Notes: a model not told the origin generated them from the letters alone. A stretch of 63,787 bases of DNA, filler included, from Basidiobolus ranarum (GCA_040143965.1; 32 parts of 32 records of this genome joined end to end with filler, not necessarily neighbours in it), one strand, 5' to 3'. Counted from the first letter of the whole stretch, positions 51,043 to 63,616 are shown. Numbers and translations are program-made.

Positions 51043-51846
51043 ATGTCCTCTCTTGCTCGCTCAGTATCTTCGCTCGGCCTTCTACGTGCCAGTTCCAAGA
51101 AAGCCGTTCCAGCTTTGTATGCTCTTGGGACCAGGTCTTTCTTGTCTAAGCGCGATTGTATGTATAGCTTTCTTCCTATGCTCGTGTTGGTAGCTACGTT
51201 GCTAATCTTTGACTTGTTAAATTTATAGACTCTCAGGACTCCCGTATTATTGTTGACAACCCCGTTGTCGACCTTGATGGTGACGAGATGACTCGTATTA
51301 TCTGGAAAATGATCAAAGAGAAGGTAGGCTTATTAACATGAAGTGTACATCGACATAAATTGCTAATATTTCATATATATATATATAGTTGATTTTTCCT
51401 TACGTCAAACTCGATATCAAGTATTATGATCTCGGTATGGAGCATAGAAACGATGTATGCTCTTAGAACTTTAAATTTACTACAATGGAGGTATTTTCCA
51501 GAATATTTATCCTTATATATATGTAGACCGACGATAGAGTTACCGTTGAAGCAGCTGAAGCTATCAAGAAATACAACGTTGGCATTAAGTGTGCGACTAT
51601 AACCCCAGACGAAGCCAGAGTCAAGGGTAGCTTTACATCTTGTACTATTATATATTTGAATTTTTAGCTGACGGCGCATTATTTGTTACTTAGAATTCAA
51701 CTTGAAGGAAATGTACAAATCCCCTAATGGCACAATCCGTAATATTCTTGGCGGAACTGTCTTCCGTGAGCCTATTCTCCTCCAAAATGTTCCCAAGATT
51801 ATCCCTGGTTGGGAGACGCCAATCGTCATTGCAAGACATGCTTTAG
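51043..51846 (+). CDS. IDP1: NADP-dependent isocitrate dehydrogenase, mitochondrial-type, 5' part (4 introns)
   Basis: Arg/Ser-rich presequence; [49 protein letters not shown]. Confidence 0.95.
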
Positions 51847-52324
51847 NNNNNNNNNNNNNNNNNNNNNNNNNNNNNNNNNNNNNNNNNNNNTTAATTAATT
51901 AANNNNNNNNNNNNNNNNNNNNNNNNNNNNNNNNNNNNNNNNNNNNATTTTGGATCCATGATAACCACTTTTGGTTGGTTAAAACTGGAAATAAGATTAT
52001 TTGTAAATATAATTGCGCTATTGTGGTATACAAATAAATCAAGACATAATATCGCAGATTCATCTGACTATAATGGCCTTCTTGCTATAACATCCGTTTT
52101 AAATATGAAGATTAAATCTTCTAAATTAAACATAATAGAACTAGTTTTATCTACATTTGATATAATTATAATTATATTAATGTGGGTAAACGGTATGAAT
52201 AGATTTGCCGTTTTGTGTTCTGGAGTTATATCTGTCCTTATGTTAATTTCGACGACCTGTTTGTTCCAATTTATAAAATTTTTGTCCAAAGAATAATTTT
52301 GGGTGAACAAAAAAATTTAGATAA

Positions 52325-52432
52325 AAAATATTTAGAAAAAGGTTTTGTTGAAGAGGATTTGTTAACTAGAAAAGAAATATTTAGAAAAAGGTTTTGTTGA
52401 AGAGGATTTGTTAATTAGAAAAAAAATATTCA
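52325..52432 (+). repeat. Direct tandem duplication (about 49 bp)
   Basis: AAATATTTAGAAAAAGGTTTTGTTGAAGAGGATTTGTTAA(C/T)TAGAAAA twice. Confidence 0.9.
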
Positions 52433-52617
52433 GAAAAAGTTTGGTATAAATTTGTTAACTAGAAAAGAAATCATATAATTACTAACTAGATAAAAAGTTT
52501 TGTTGTAAAAAAGGATCTTAAAAAAATGTTAGAAGAAAATGTCAAAAATAAAATTTTCTCATATACCCATTTATTATATTTAAATTATTTTTTAAAAATA
52601 CAGATTTTATATTTTTA

Positions 52618-53110
52618 TAAGTTGTTGAACTAGAATAAACCAAATTATTTTTTTCGGATGGATAAAAATATATTTTAAACGTTTTAGTTTTGGACCCTAA
52701 GTTGTTAAACTGGGATAAGCCAATTTAAAATCTTAAATGCACGAAATAATTTTTTAAAAACTTTTCTTCTTAGATGCAAATTTGGATTCGAAATTTTTGG
52801 GTTGTTGAATTAGAATAAACCAAATTATTTTTTTTCGGATAGATAAAAATATATTTTAAACGTTTTGGTTTATCCAAATCTTAATCCTAAGTTGTTGAAA
52901 TAAAACATATTAAATTATTTTTTCTCGGATAGAAGAAAATATATTTTAAACTTTTGGATTCAGAACTCTAAAATGTTAAACTGGAATAAACTAAATTATT
53001 TTTTCGGATGGATAAAAATATATTTTAAACGTTTTGGTTTTGGACCCTAAGTTGTTGAACTAGAATATAATAAAATTATTTTTTAGATGCACGAAAAAAG
53101 TTGTTAAAAA
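52618..53110 (+). repeat. AT-rich degenerate tandem array, about 80-90 bp unit
   Basis: GTTGTTGAA.TAGAATAAACCAAATTATTTTTTTCGGAT.GATAAAAATATATTTTAAACGTTTT recurs about 5 times. Confidence 0.85.
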
Positions 53111-53937
53111 GTTTTAAAATGTGGTTTTGAAAACCTTAGGTCGTTTAATTAGAACAAACATAACTTTAAAGTTTTGGTTTCGGATGGAAGAAAATATTTT
53201 TTTAAGTTGGCACGAACAATCCAAGAAGATATCTAAATGTGATAATAGCGACTGCATGTTTTAATTTAACGATGCAAAAATATTTTTTTAAAAACTTTTT
53301 TTCGCCCAAGATAAAAAATTTGTCAACGATTTGGGTTTTTAAATTGCCAAAGGTGTGTCGTCCAACTCTAATAACTATAATAACAAAAGTCTCATATCCG
53401 ATTTATTAAAATATTTCTTTAATTTCGAAGATAATATTTTTATTTCATAGTTTACATATTAAACATATACATAATTTACATATTGTGCTTACACGTAGTC
53501 TACAGATTAAGTATATACATAGCTTATTTTTAGATTGTCTTAAACTTTTTTCACCCAAGATAAAAATTTTCTGTCAACAATTCTAATTTCTAAATCTTAA
53601 TCCGGACTTTACGAAAGATATTTTTAAATTATTTGCAAAATTTAATTTTTCAAACCCTAATTCGGATTTAACGAATGTTATTTTAAATTATTTGCGAAAT
53701 TATTTTTCAAATCCAGATTCTTATTTAACGATAATTTATTTTAAATTATTACAAAATTATTTTTTTCAAATCTTAATTCAAACTTTACGGAATATTAATT
53801 TGGATCTTTTACGAAATTATTTTTAAATCTAGATTCGNNNNNNNNNNNNNNNNNNNNNNNNNNNNNNNNNNNNNNNNNNNNTTAATTAATTAANNNNNNN
53901 NNNNNNNNNNNNNNNNNNNNNNNNNNNNNNNNNNNNN

Positions 53938-54327
53938 CTCTATTAATTAGTGATTTAATGTCTTCTCCTGGCTTCATCTTTAAGTTAAAGAATTGTCTTC
54001 TTAGAAACATCTTGTTGGCAGCAGAACTAGTCTGATAGGTGTCTTCAAATGCTTTCCATATCTTCTTGGCAGTTTTACTCTTGAACATAGAGTTAGCAAC
54101 TTGTCTTTGACATTCAGTTATATGGTGTTAAAGGCACTTTGTTCTTTTTTAACCTGAAGTAAAACTTTGATTTCAGATAGTTTTAAATTGTTTTCTTCTC
54201 CTACAACAGTGTCCCAAAGTCCTTTTTCTTGCAACAGCATTTTCATTTTTAATTTCCAAACTTGATAATTGGTTCCATCCAATTTTGCAGAATAGGGTAA
54301 AGTTCCATAAAATTGAGAAGTAGACAT
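53938..54327 (-). mobile_element. Copia gag N-terminus, degenerate
   Basis: KLDGTNYQVWKLKMKMLLQEKGLW; TAKKIWKAFEDTYQTSSAANKMFLRRQFFNLKM. Confidence 0.9.
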
Positions 54328-54349
54328 TACAGAAAGTACAAGCTTGGTT

Positions 54350-54358
54350 CTCATAACC
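54350..54358 (-). promoter_or_regulatory. Primer-binding site GGTTATGAG (tRNA-Met anticodon-arm type)
   Basis: Immediately follows the 5' LTR and precedes gag. Confidence 0.75.
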
Positions 54359-54726
54359 AGTTAAAGTATTGGGGAGCCTGTTGGAAGTGGATTGGAGAAT
54401 TAGGAAAATTAGTGGCTTTTGTGAGAGTTCTCTGACAGGTTTGCATTCCAGAATGGTGGATTGAATCCAAATCAAGTCAATTTTGTTTCTTAGGGAAAGT
54501 AACATGTAGAATGTGTTTAGGAAGGTTCCAGGAGCATGTGTGCAAAGTTTGGGGCTTTTAGCACAAGTTTGAACAATCTACATATCTGAAAATGTCTGAG
54601 TTAGTAAATGTATTTTGAGTAAGTTCCTATTTGAAAATAATGGATGACATCTTAGTGAATCATAATGTAACTAAGAACTAAGCTTTATATGAATACATAG
54701 GTGTTTAGGCAATGCTAACATCAACA
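54359..54726 (-). mobile_element. Copia 5' LTR
   Basis: Homologous to 6685-7026; adjacent to PBS and gag. Confidence 0.85.
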
Positions 54727-54799
54727 GATACTTAGTTTACTGCTAAAGGAATTTGTATCCATATGCATTCCTTTTTTTACATATTAGGCTTTGTATTTC

Positions 54800-55545
54800 A
54801 GCCATGATGCAAATCAGAAAATACTAGAATCTTGATGTATTTGATCTCTACCCATACACATACTTCACTGCTCAGATATATCAACAACATCTCTATGCTT
54901 TGCCAACAAGTTAATAGTGGAAAAATTGCTGAACATCTGAAATTTGGAATTGCAATGACACTTTGCATGTGACTGACTATTGTTACCATTGATCTTGAGA
55001 ATTGATTCCTTGATTTGGCAAATATCTGTAAAGAATTCTGCAAACATATCCTAGACCCACAGTCAACAAACATCCTGCCACAAGTAGATGTGTTGTTTCT
55101 TGAATTCATTACCCCATGGCTAATACAATAATATTGATTATCTTGATTGATCTCACAAAGAGGTCTCTCTTACAGCTTTCCAAGAAATGTCATCAGCTAT
55201 CACAAGAACATAATAGTTGAAAATATAGATATACTTGCTTTGAGTCCATAGATTGAGTTTTGTTGCACTTATTGTGCTCAAAAATGCAAAAGCCCATCAG
55301 CACATTGAAAAGAGCCTTATTTTGCAAGGTCAATATTGTCTGGGGTTTCCTTAACCCATTTCAATGCATCCATCACTGCTTTTGCTGACATATTGTTAAC
55401 CAGATTAGCATATGGTTGTACTGATGATTTTACACCAAGCATCATTTCACCACTGGTATGCTCCATTGATAACTCCCAGAATGTATACCAAGGGCATATG
55501 ATCTTTAAGCATTGTGAAAGATGCAAGAGGGAATGTATTGAAAAC
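54800..55545 (-). mobile_element. Degenerate CACTA transposase C-terminal region
   Basis: HLSQCLK..PWYTFWELSME...VKSSVQPYANLVN; homologous to 6011-6684. Confidence 0.75.
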
Positions 55546-55603
55546 TAGCATAGATTCACTCTAGTATTCAGATAGTGGTAGCAATTATGCCTGTTAGAGT
55601 ATA

Positions 55604-55827
55604 CTCTATCAGAATTTGGAGGATTATTATATAAAGAAAACTGTCACAATTTTGATCCATTTTGGATTGACCATTTACTTCCCAGCATAAAATTATCAAG
55701 TTAGATTTGATTTTAATATTTTTTTTCAGTTTCAGGAGTGAAATTTCAAGATCTTGCAAAACAAGTTGAACAAGATTAGTCACAATCTCAGAAAACAATG
55801 GATCAATAAATGTGCAAAAAATGTAAC
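55604..55827 (-). mobile_element. Older CCCTAAC element right end
   Basis: CTCTATCAGAATTTGGAGGATT...; aligns with 45624-45850. Confidence 0.8.
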
Positions 55828-55927
55828 NNNNNNNNNNNNNNNNNNNNNNNNNNNNNNNNNNNNNNNNNNNNTTAATTAATTAANNNNNNNNNNNNNNNNN
55901 NNNNNNNNNNNNNNNNNNNNNNNNNNN

Positions 55928-57153
55928 ATCACTTGCTCTGATGATGAGTGGTTTAACATTTTGGAAACTATTTGGATTCTTGCCAAAATCACCTTGATTT
56001 GAGCTCATTGTGGAAAACCAAAAACCAGGTGTTACTTTGAAGATTCTTGACTTATTTCATATGGCTTATCCTGGGTTTTTGCAAGCAAATGGCAGTTGGG
56101 CTAGTAAAGGCCTATTCATGAAACATCTCAAAAATGTATGCAATTATGGACTTGGAAAAGAAAGAAAAGCAGCCAAAGAAGTGCTGAAGGAGCAGGAAGT
56201 TAGCAAACCCAAGGGAAAGGCACAGGAGCCAGGGAGTGTAGGCTCTACTGTCCCACTTACCAGATTTTTCACACCATTACAAAGATCTGCAACTCCAGAG
56301 TCAGATATACTGTCAAATAAGCTTAATTTCACCAAGGAACCAGGTACACCAGTTGGAAGAGTGCTAAATTTGGAAGTTTATCCTACACCTGGCATCTCTC
56401 AACAAGCCAAAACACCAGCAAATAAAACACATGGCTCTCCAACCCCAACTGGTACTTTTCAAAGTGTTGAAATTAGCCCCAAAGTTAAAGACAAGTAAAA
56501 AGTCACACAAACACCTCAAAGCACCCTCAGTAGTGTCACACTACAAGGACTTACAAAAATAGTCAAAGTGCTTGAGGAGTATTTTGAAATGTATGAAGGG
56601 AAAAACACAGTGCAAATATGCTGGAAGTGGCTTCAGAAGAAGTACTTTCAACTTGGCATTCAGTCTGGTGTTGACCATGCAGATATCTGGGAAGAACTTA
56701 ATACAGAGTGGCACAATATTGCAGGGTATCTGCCAGATAGCTGGAAAAATGTTGATTCAGCAACATTGATACAATGGTGAGCTTTGATGGAGATATTGAT
56801 ACAAACTTGTGTTGGGTATGAGCTAAACCTTGGGTATGAAGAACTGTATAAGAATATTCAGGATAATATATCAAAGAGACTAGGGATTTCAAAGGTGACA
56901 ATTAGTGTTCAAGTGGTAATTGTGTAAAATTTGAGTTATATTTGCACATGTGTTGATCCATAATTCTCTGAGATTGTAGCCAATCATGCGCAACTATTTT
57001 GCAAGATCTTGAAATTTCACTCCTTTAAAAGAAAAATTGATTAACATCAAATCTAACTTGATGATTTTTTGACAGTAAGTAAATGGTGAATCCTAAATGG
57101 ATTAAAATTGTGATGGCTTTCCTACAATAATAATCCTCAAATTTCTGTTAGGA
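55928..57153 (+). mobile_element. CCCTAAC element with best-preserved ORF remnant and right terminus
   Basis: ORFs 56010-56498 and 56568-56780 collinear with 700-1590; ends AAATTTCTGTTAGGA. Confidence 0.88.
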
Positions 57154-57614
57154 TATAGTAACCAATGACTTGAAGACTTTGAAGAAAACCAAATCCAGCT
57201 TATCTGCCAAATATAAATTGACTGATCTTGGTAAACTGACATACTATCTTGGAATCCAAATAAAGATAGATAGAACTACCAAAACAATAACTTTAAACCA
57301 GTCTAAGTGTATGCTAGATATACTAAAGAATTTAAAATGGAAGAATGCAATTCTGTGTCTATTTCAATGAAGACAAACCTTTACTTGACCAAAAATGGCA
57401 CAAATTGGACATTCTTTGACTCAAATGCCAGCCAGAAATTTCCTTATTGACCTATGATTGGTAGTTTGATATATATCTTGGTTGGAACATGGCCAGATAT
57501 TGCATATTCTGTGGGAGTTATACGCCAATATCTTTAAAATTTGGATCTGATCAAATCATAGCAGTTAAGTGGATTTTCAGCAACTTGAAATGTACTGTAG
57601 ATCTATGCTTATAA
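57154..57614 (+). mobile_element. Copia reverse transcriptase fragment
   Basis: KYKLTDLGKLTYYLGIQI, LNQSK, MIGSLIYILVGTWPDIAYSV. Confidence 0.9.
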
Positions 57615-57818
57615 TGTTGAAATTATTTGGTGAGAAATATTGGTCTGGCCAGGATTTGAACCTGGGGCCTCCTTCACTCTAGCAAGGTGCTCTAACCACT
57701 GAGCTGCCAGTCCTTGTATGCTATGCCTATATTGCTAGGGAACCTTAACCTAGTCTGTCAATGTATGGTACTTGGGCATTTCAGTTATACAAGCAACTGA
57801 TTGGCCTTAGACTTTGTN
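57615..57818 (-). mobile_element. tRNA-bearing LTR-like element (copy 2) inserted in Copia RT
   Basis: Terminus TGTTGAAATTA at 57615 abruptly interrupts RT homology; runs to contig end. Confidence 0.78.
57641..57713 (-). ncRNA. tRNA-like sequence (copy 2)
   Basis: Differs from 27827-27899 at two positions; same cloverleaf spacing and B box GGTTCAAATCC. Confidence 0.85.
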
Positions 57819-57917
57819 NNNNNNNNNNNNNNNNNNNNNNNNNNNNNNNNNNNNNNNNNNNTTAATTAATTAANNNNNNNNNNNNNNNNNNNNNNNNNNN
57901 NNNNNNNNNNNNNNNNN

Positions 57918-59335
57918 ATGGCCAATCAAATAAAACAGAACAAAACTATTCTCATCTGCTCTCATCCATTGGAGCATCACTAAATGAAGATGACTTAGTC
58001 ATGGCATTGCTTGGGAGCCTGCCAGATGAGTTTGGAAACCTTATAATTACCCTAGAATCAAGCTCAGACCCATTCATAATGAATATGTTGGTCCTAGGCT
58101 TTTGAATGAGGAATTAATGGGATATATTTGTCAGCAGAATAGTGCAATTCACTCATTTTTTAGAGCTGTAAAACATCAAACTGGCTGCTATAATGGTGCC
58201 TCTAATAGAATATCAATCATCTGTAAGTATTGCAACAAACTAGACTATGTCATCAAAGATTGCAATAAAAAGTAACTTTGCCAAAAAACCAAAATCAGAA
58301 CAAGCAAATCAATCAAGCACTGATTGGGATCTTCTGTTTGTGTCTGCCCTATCAGTAACCACTAAGGAAGACTCAAAAATGTGCCATATTGATTCAGGAG
58401 CTTCCCAACATGTGTCAACAAGAAAGATTGGTTTTCCAGCTTAAAAACCATCCAAAAAATAAAGTCTACTTTGGTGATGACAATGCACTAGATGTAGTTG
58501 GTTAGCACACAGTTGTGCTCAATACAGACCAACATTCAGCTATACCATCTTCAAAATTGGATGATGTACTCTATGTACTAAATATAGCCCTGAATCTATT
58601 CTCAGTAAGCCAAGCAACAGCTCAAGGATCAAGGTTTTTGCTCAGCAAGGCTGGATGCACTATCACAGATTGGAGTATTATGAAATTAGCTACTGGAATC
58701 AAAACTCAAAACTTGTACAAGCCAGATATCAAAGATTGCATTCTGAGCATTTTAAACTTGGCCAAAACTCATGGAATAAGCTGTCAAATGGGGCATTCAA
58801 GATTAGACCCCATTGGGGAACAATAACAGACCTCAACAATTTAAAATAAGCTTGTTTTGCGCTTACAAGTTGCATATGTCCCCAAATTGGATACGTATGA
58901 AGCTTTCATATATTGAAAACATCACAGACAGCTGTTTTTAAGCTCTGGAGACATCAAATCAGCTTAAAATCTTGCTCTGATTCATTCTGACCAATGTAGG
59001 CCAATGAAAAACATCTGACCAGGTGGCAAAAGATACATTATGACCTTTATTGATTACAAAACAAGATATGCTTGGGTATTCTTTGTCAAATCAAGTCTGA
59101 AGCCTTAGTAACATTCAAGTACTACACAGCAATGGTGCTGAAAGAATCAGCACAAAAAATGAGTGTAGCAAGGAGTCAAAATGATGGAGAATACTGCTCC
59201 AAAGACTCTACTAGTTCTTATTCTAAACATGCAATTAAGCAACAAGCTACAGTACCTTATACTCCACAGCAAAATGAGTTGTGGAATGTGCTAATAGAAC
59301 TATGGTAGAGTGCAGATATGTGATGATTGATGAAA
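57918..59335 (+). mobile_element. Copia gag-protease-integrase, heavily degenerate
   Basis: LLGSLPDEFGNLIITLE, CKYCNK, IDSGASQH, NLFSVSQAT, IHSD, VPYTPQQN. Confidence 0.85.
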
Positions 59336-62300
59336 AGGCAAATTTTTCACCTCTAATCACAGCTGTTGATCATGATGCCACAATCAGAACTATCTAGAAA
59401 GTGTCTCACAAGATTCCAGCTTCATATGGGCCCAATTTAACCGACATTCCAGCCCCAATTACATCAGAGTATGATTCATGACCAGAAGATCACTAGAAGG
59501 AGAAATTAGCCAGGCAACTGGCAGTTTACTTTCAATGATGTTATGTTTGCTTATGCTGCATTCTATGACAAGCCACACACTCTGGATCAACCTCTGGAGT
59601 GTCTTATATGGATACTTTAATGCAAAAAATGCATATTCCTTGGTTACTGTTATGGATCTAATGCCTACAAACTGCTGGATACCAAAAGTCAGAAAATAAT
59701 AATGGGCAGATATTCAATTTTGCTGAAAAAGCATATTTTATCACCTAAATTCACATTTCTGGTTCCAGAAAACACAATCAGCACAATTTAGGAAGTGTCT
59801 GAGAAGANNNNNNNNNNNNNNNNNNNNNNNNNNNNNNNNNNNNNNNNNNNNTTAATTAATTAANNNNNNNNNNNNNNNNNNNNNNNNNNNNNNNNNNNNN
59901 NNNNNNNTCGAGAAACGGTAAAGCCAATAGCAGCTATATATAGCCCACATGGTCCAAGGCCCGAGTTCAATAACCAAATGTTCATATGCACTTTTTCATG
60001 ATATATGGGTAACCAACAGAGCACAATGTGACCACGCAACAGCCACAAAATCAGCCCCAAGCCTGACCAACGTGGATAGTAAAGCAGAAATATCTAGTTT
60101 ACAGCTTACTCTAATACAACCTGATTAAAAGTGTGGAGTCGGATATCTATCGTGATAGGCAATTGGCTCGAGTTTGATCTTCAATTGAGTATAAAAATAT
60201 GACCGAACAGGCTCAGTATTATACATGAAAAATGTTGCAGCTAAAGTCAATAAAGCTTTTATCACTCAAAATAGAGTAAACATCTCACTGTTCTTTGAGA
60301 CAATCATGGTTATTGCAGCATAGACATATATCAAGCAAGTATCGTAATGAGAAGGTAACATCCGGCGTAATTATCCCCCATGTAAGGTGACTATCACCTT
60401 AGGAGCAAATAGGGTTATTATAAAGGTCAAAACATGCATGATCAGGATATTTGGGTAAGACCGTCGGAGTATCCGAACGCTGATACCTAAAATGGTAATG
60501 CAGATAGGAATTGGTGACTGTAGCCCCATTTACGATAGATCGCACTCTTCATTATGATTTTACTGTATCAATACTATACAAGAGTTCACGAAATGAATCA
60601 GCGCGAAGGAAAACAGCGGAAAGGAGCCAAAAATGTATCCATTTAGAAGAAGAATATGAATTGCATTTTTTTCTTGGTTGATACAAATATATATAGCCAT
60701 ATCTGGCATTGTAAACATACCAAATGTTATCATGATAGTATCAAATTCACATCAATACCAGTACTATCGTAATCCATCCATCTGGTCAGGCTATCTGGTC
60801 AGGCTGAAAATGGTGTAGAGTAAAACCGGAGGAGAGAATAAGTAATATCAAAACACTCAACAAAATCAGATAGGTGATTCAAATGTATTAATCATAGTAA
60901 TGACATGATGCAATTGAAACATGCTTCTTAAGACATTGTCCAGTTCTATATAAATGTCTCATTGGTGACTGTAACTCCTATGAAGTCAATGCGCAATAGG
61001 TTAATATTACTGATCATACAAGCCTTAAAAGGGTAGTGTATCTGTAAATTGATAGAGCAATTTACTTGTTTAATCAAGGTTAATATCAATGATAGCCTGT
61101 CATGTATCCAAGTGCTTAGTAAGTCATTATAGATCAGAAATACTAGCACTAAGATCCCTTATCTTCCAATGACTCATGTTCTGCCATATCTTGACACTCT
61201 TGAGCGGATCTGCACGCACCAACTATCTATGCACTAACTATATATGCTACATACCCACTATACAACACATGCCCACTGTACGACACACGCAGGTTGGTTG
61301 AGCATGTAAAATCGGCACATCAGCGACAATATTACAACATGGCCATAGAATCAAGCACCATATTCAACCCTGGAGGAGGTAACTGGCATCCAACCAGCCC
61401 AAATATTACTTAATCAGACATTATACTGGACAGGTCATCAACCTAATGTAGTTTGAAGCAATCAAAACCATTCATAATTTGTTCATAAATTTTGAACTTC
61501 TCATCATCATCTATTATCTCAGCTCAGCTTATCCGATCCAACAAGTGTGCTGGTTTATATATCATCAGAAATGCCATAAGTAGTAATAGATCTGCACTGT
61601 CAATCATGCCGTATCGGTACAACACAGCAGACATTCAACAACATATTATTAATAAATTGTCTTGAATAGATTTACCGATTTGAAACAGTTTCTGACTGGC
61701 GAAGGACAAGGCAGAGTGTTACTTCATCGGTATTCAATTCACATCAATATTTCAAGCGAGATAAACCAGATTCTCTTCATCTTATTCAACACATATCNNN
61801 NNNNNNNNNNNNNNNNNNNNNNNNNNNNNNNNNNNNNNNNNTTAATTAATTAANNNNNNNNNNNNNNNNNNNNNNNNNNNNNNNNNNNNNNNNNNNNGTG
61901 CTGCTTTGTACGTGTTACCATTCAAGATCGCTTATTCCCGGCTGTTCCAGGGCAAATAATTCGTTTTCGAGCATTTGGCAAGATCGTGCGCCTTGTCAAA
62001 GGAGAAAATGGGATGAGATTCGAAAAATGCAGCAAAGAACAGGAACATGCCGAATGGACACAATTCTTGAATCAACGATCTTCTTAAGATATAACCCTTA
62101 AATAATTTGTATTTATCTCAGTTCTATACAGCTTCACATCAGTCCTATCTATTAACTAGTAACCTCATTTCACATATCCTCTTTAACTCTTTTAAGAATT
62201 TGATGCTAACGGAAATGCCTTTTTCTGCCAAGTCCAAAAGATAGAATGGAGAGGGTAGGGTCAAGCACAAGAAAGTCATTATACTCAAAAATCATTAAAA

Positions 62301-63046
62301 AGGAGAGAAATGCTGGTTTGAGTTCGAGTTGCTGTGCTGTTGTATAATAAATCAAAATCCGTTCTAAACATCCACTGCTTGATCTACGCTAAATCCGAGA
62401 TTCTGGTCACGTCCTCAATTTATATGTCTAGGTAGTTTTTTTGTCATCTAGACAACCAATTATTCACAGCCAAAGTATATATTTATTTACCATGAAAAAT
62501 AGAGAGAAGGTAATAGATACCTTTGTTTTAGGGGATATTGCAAAGGTGTCCAATAATCATCGTGATGTCTATCCACGCACATGGGAAAACCAAAATTCGA
62601 CTCCAATTCATTACTGTTTAGATAGAAATTCAATATATCATACTCAAGTTAACGTTATGTAACTCTAAATAATTTGGGACATTAGTTCAGGTTTGGATGC
62701 GCATTTTGCCTCGTTACAAAGACAATCGTTCACAAACACATCAGGAAATCTACACGAATTGGAGAGGAAAAGAAAGGAGAATGCAGGGATCTGGTTAATG
62801 TTTATCACAAGAACTATTCCCTGTATTAGAATATTATTGTTCTAAATGTCACTTTGTGCCTATTAATAATCAAACTAAATAAAGCTCACATCGCTTCATG
62901 CTTTTCTTTGCCATTTACCATCTTTCACACTGAATACTATCTTTACACCTTCAGAACTTGAATATATTGGTAAGCATGTTAGGTATGGGTAGAGCACTCA
63001 TACTGTTGCAATATGGTGAGAAGTTATTTTCCTAATTATCACATAT

Positions 63047-63616
63047 TTATATAATTATTAGAACTAAATAAAGTTTCCACCACTTGGTGCTTTTGATCCC
63101 CCTAAGTGACAGAATGTTGTCCAAGTCTAAGGGTACAGATAAAAAGAGGGAGTCTGTGTTGAGGTATTTTATTACTTGGTTAACCATGGTAATCCTAAAT
63201 TTAATACATGCTAAGAACCCCAACTTAGTTTTGATAGCATATTCAACCATTGGGATTGAATTATCCCAATTCTTCTTGACTCCTTTGATGGATTTACAGA
63301 TTATATTCACAGAGGTTTGTATATGTTTCTGCGCAAGTCCATTGGCTTCAGGATGATAGGGAGTGATGAGCATATGATCAATTGCAGAGTTACAGCAGAG
63401 TTCTTAGATGACTTGGTCATCAAACTGAGTCCCATTATTTGATTGAATGATTTTTGGAAATCCAAACAGGCAGAATAGCTTGAACAGGGCATGGGCAATG
63501 GTAGTAGCAAATTTGTTTGGTAGAGCATTGAGAAAAACAAAACAAGTACAAATACCTCTATCACAAAGAGGTAGTGATGGCCCTCATCACTGGTTGTGAA
63601 AGGTCTAGCTGGAACA
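63047..63616 (-). mobile_element. Gypsy-type integrase core remnant
   Basis: PFTTSDEGHHYLFVI; ITPYHPEANGLAQKHIQT; WDNSIPMVEYAI. Confidence 0.75.

Noticed and set aside
52618-53110. CRISPR-like repeat-spacer array
   Set aside because: Units are degenerate along their whole length, intervening sequences are related to each other, and no cas genes are present
59908-61797. Short ORFs in this contig
   Set aside because: No recognisable motifs; left unannotated as probable intergenic DNA
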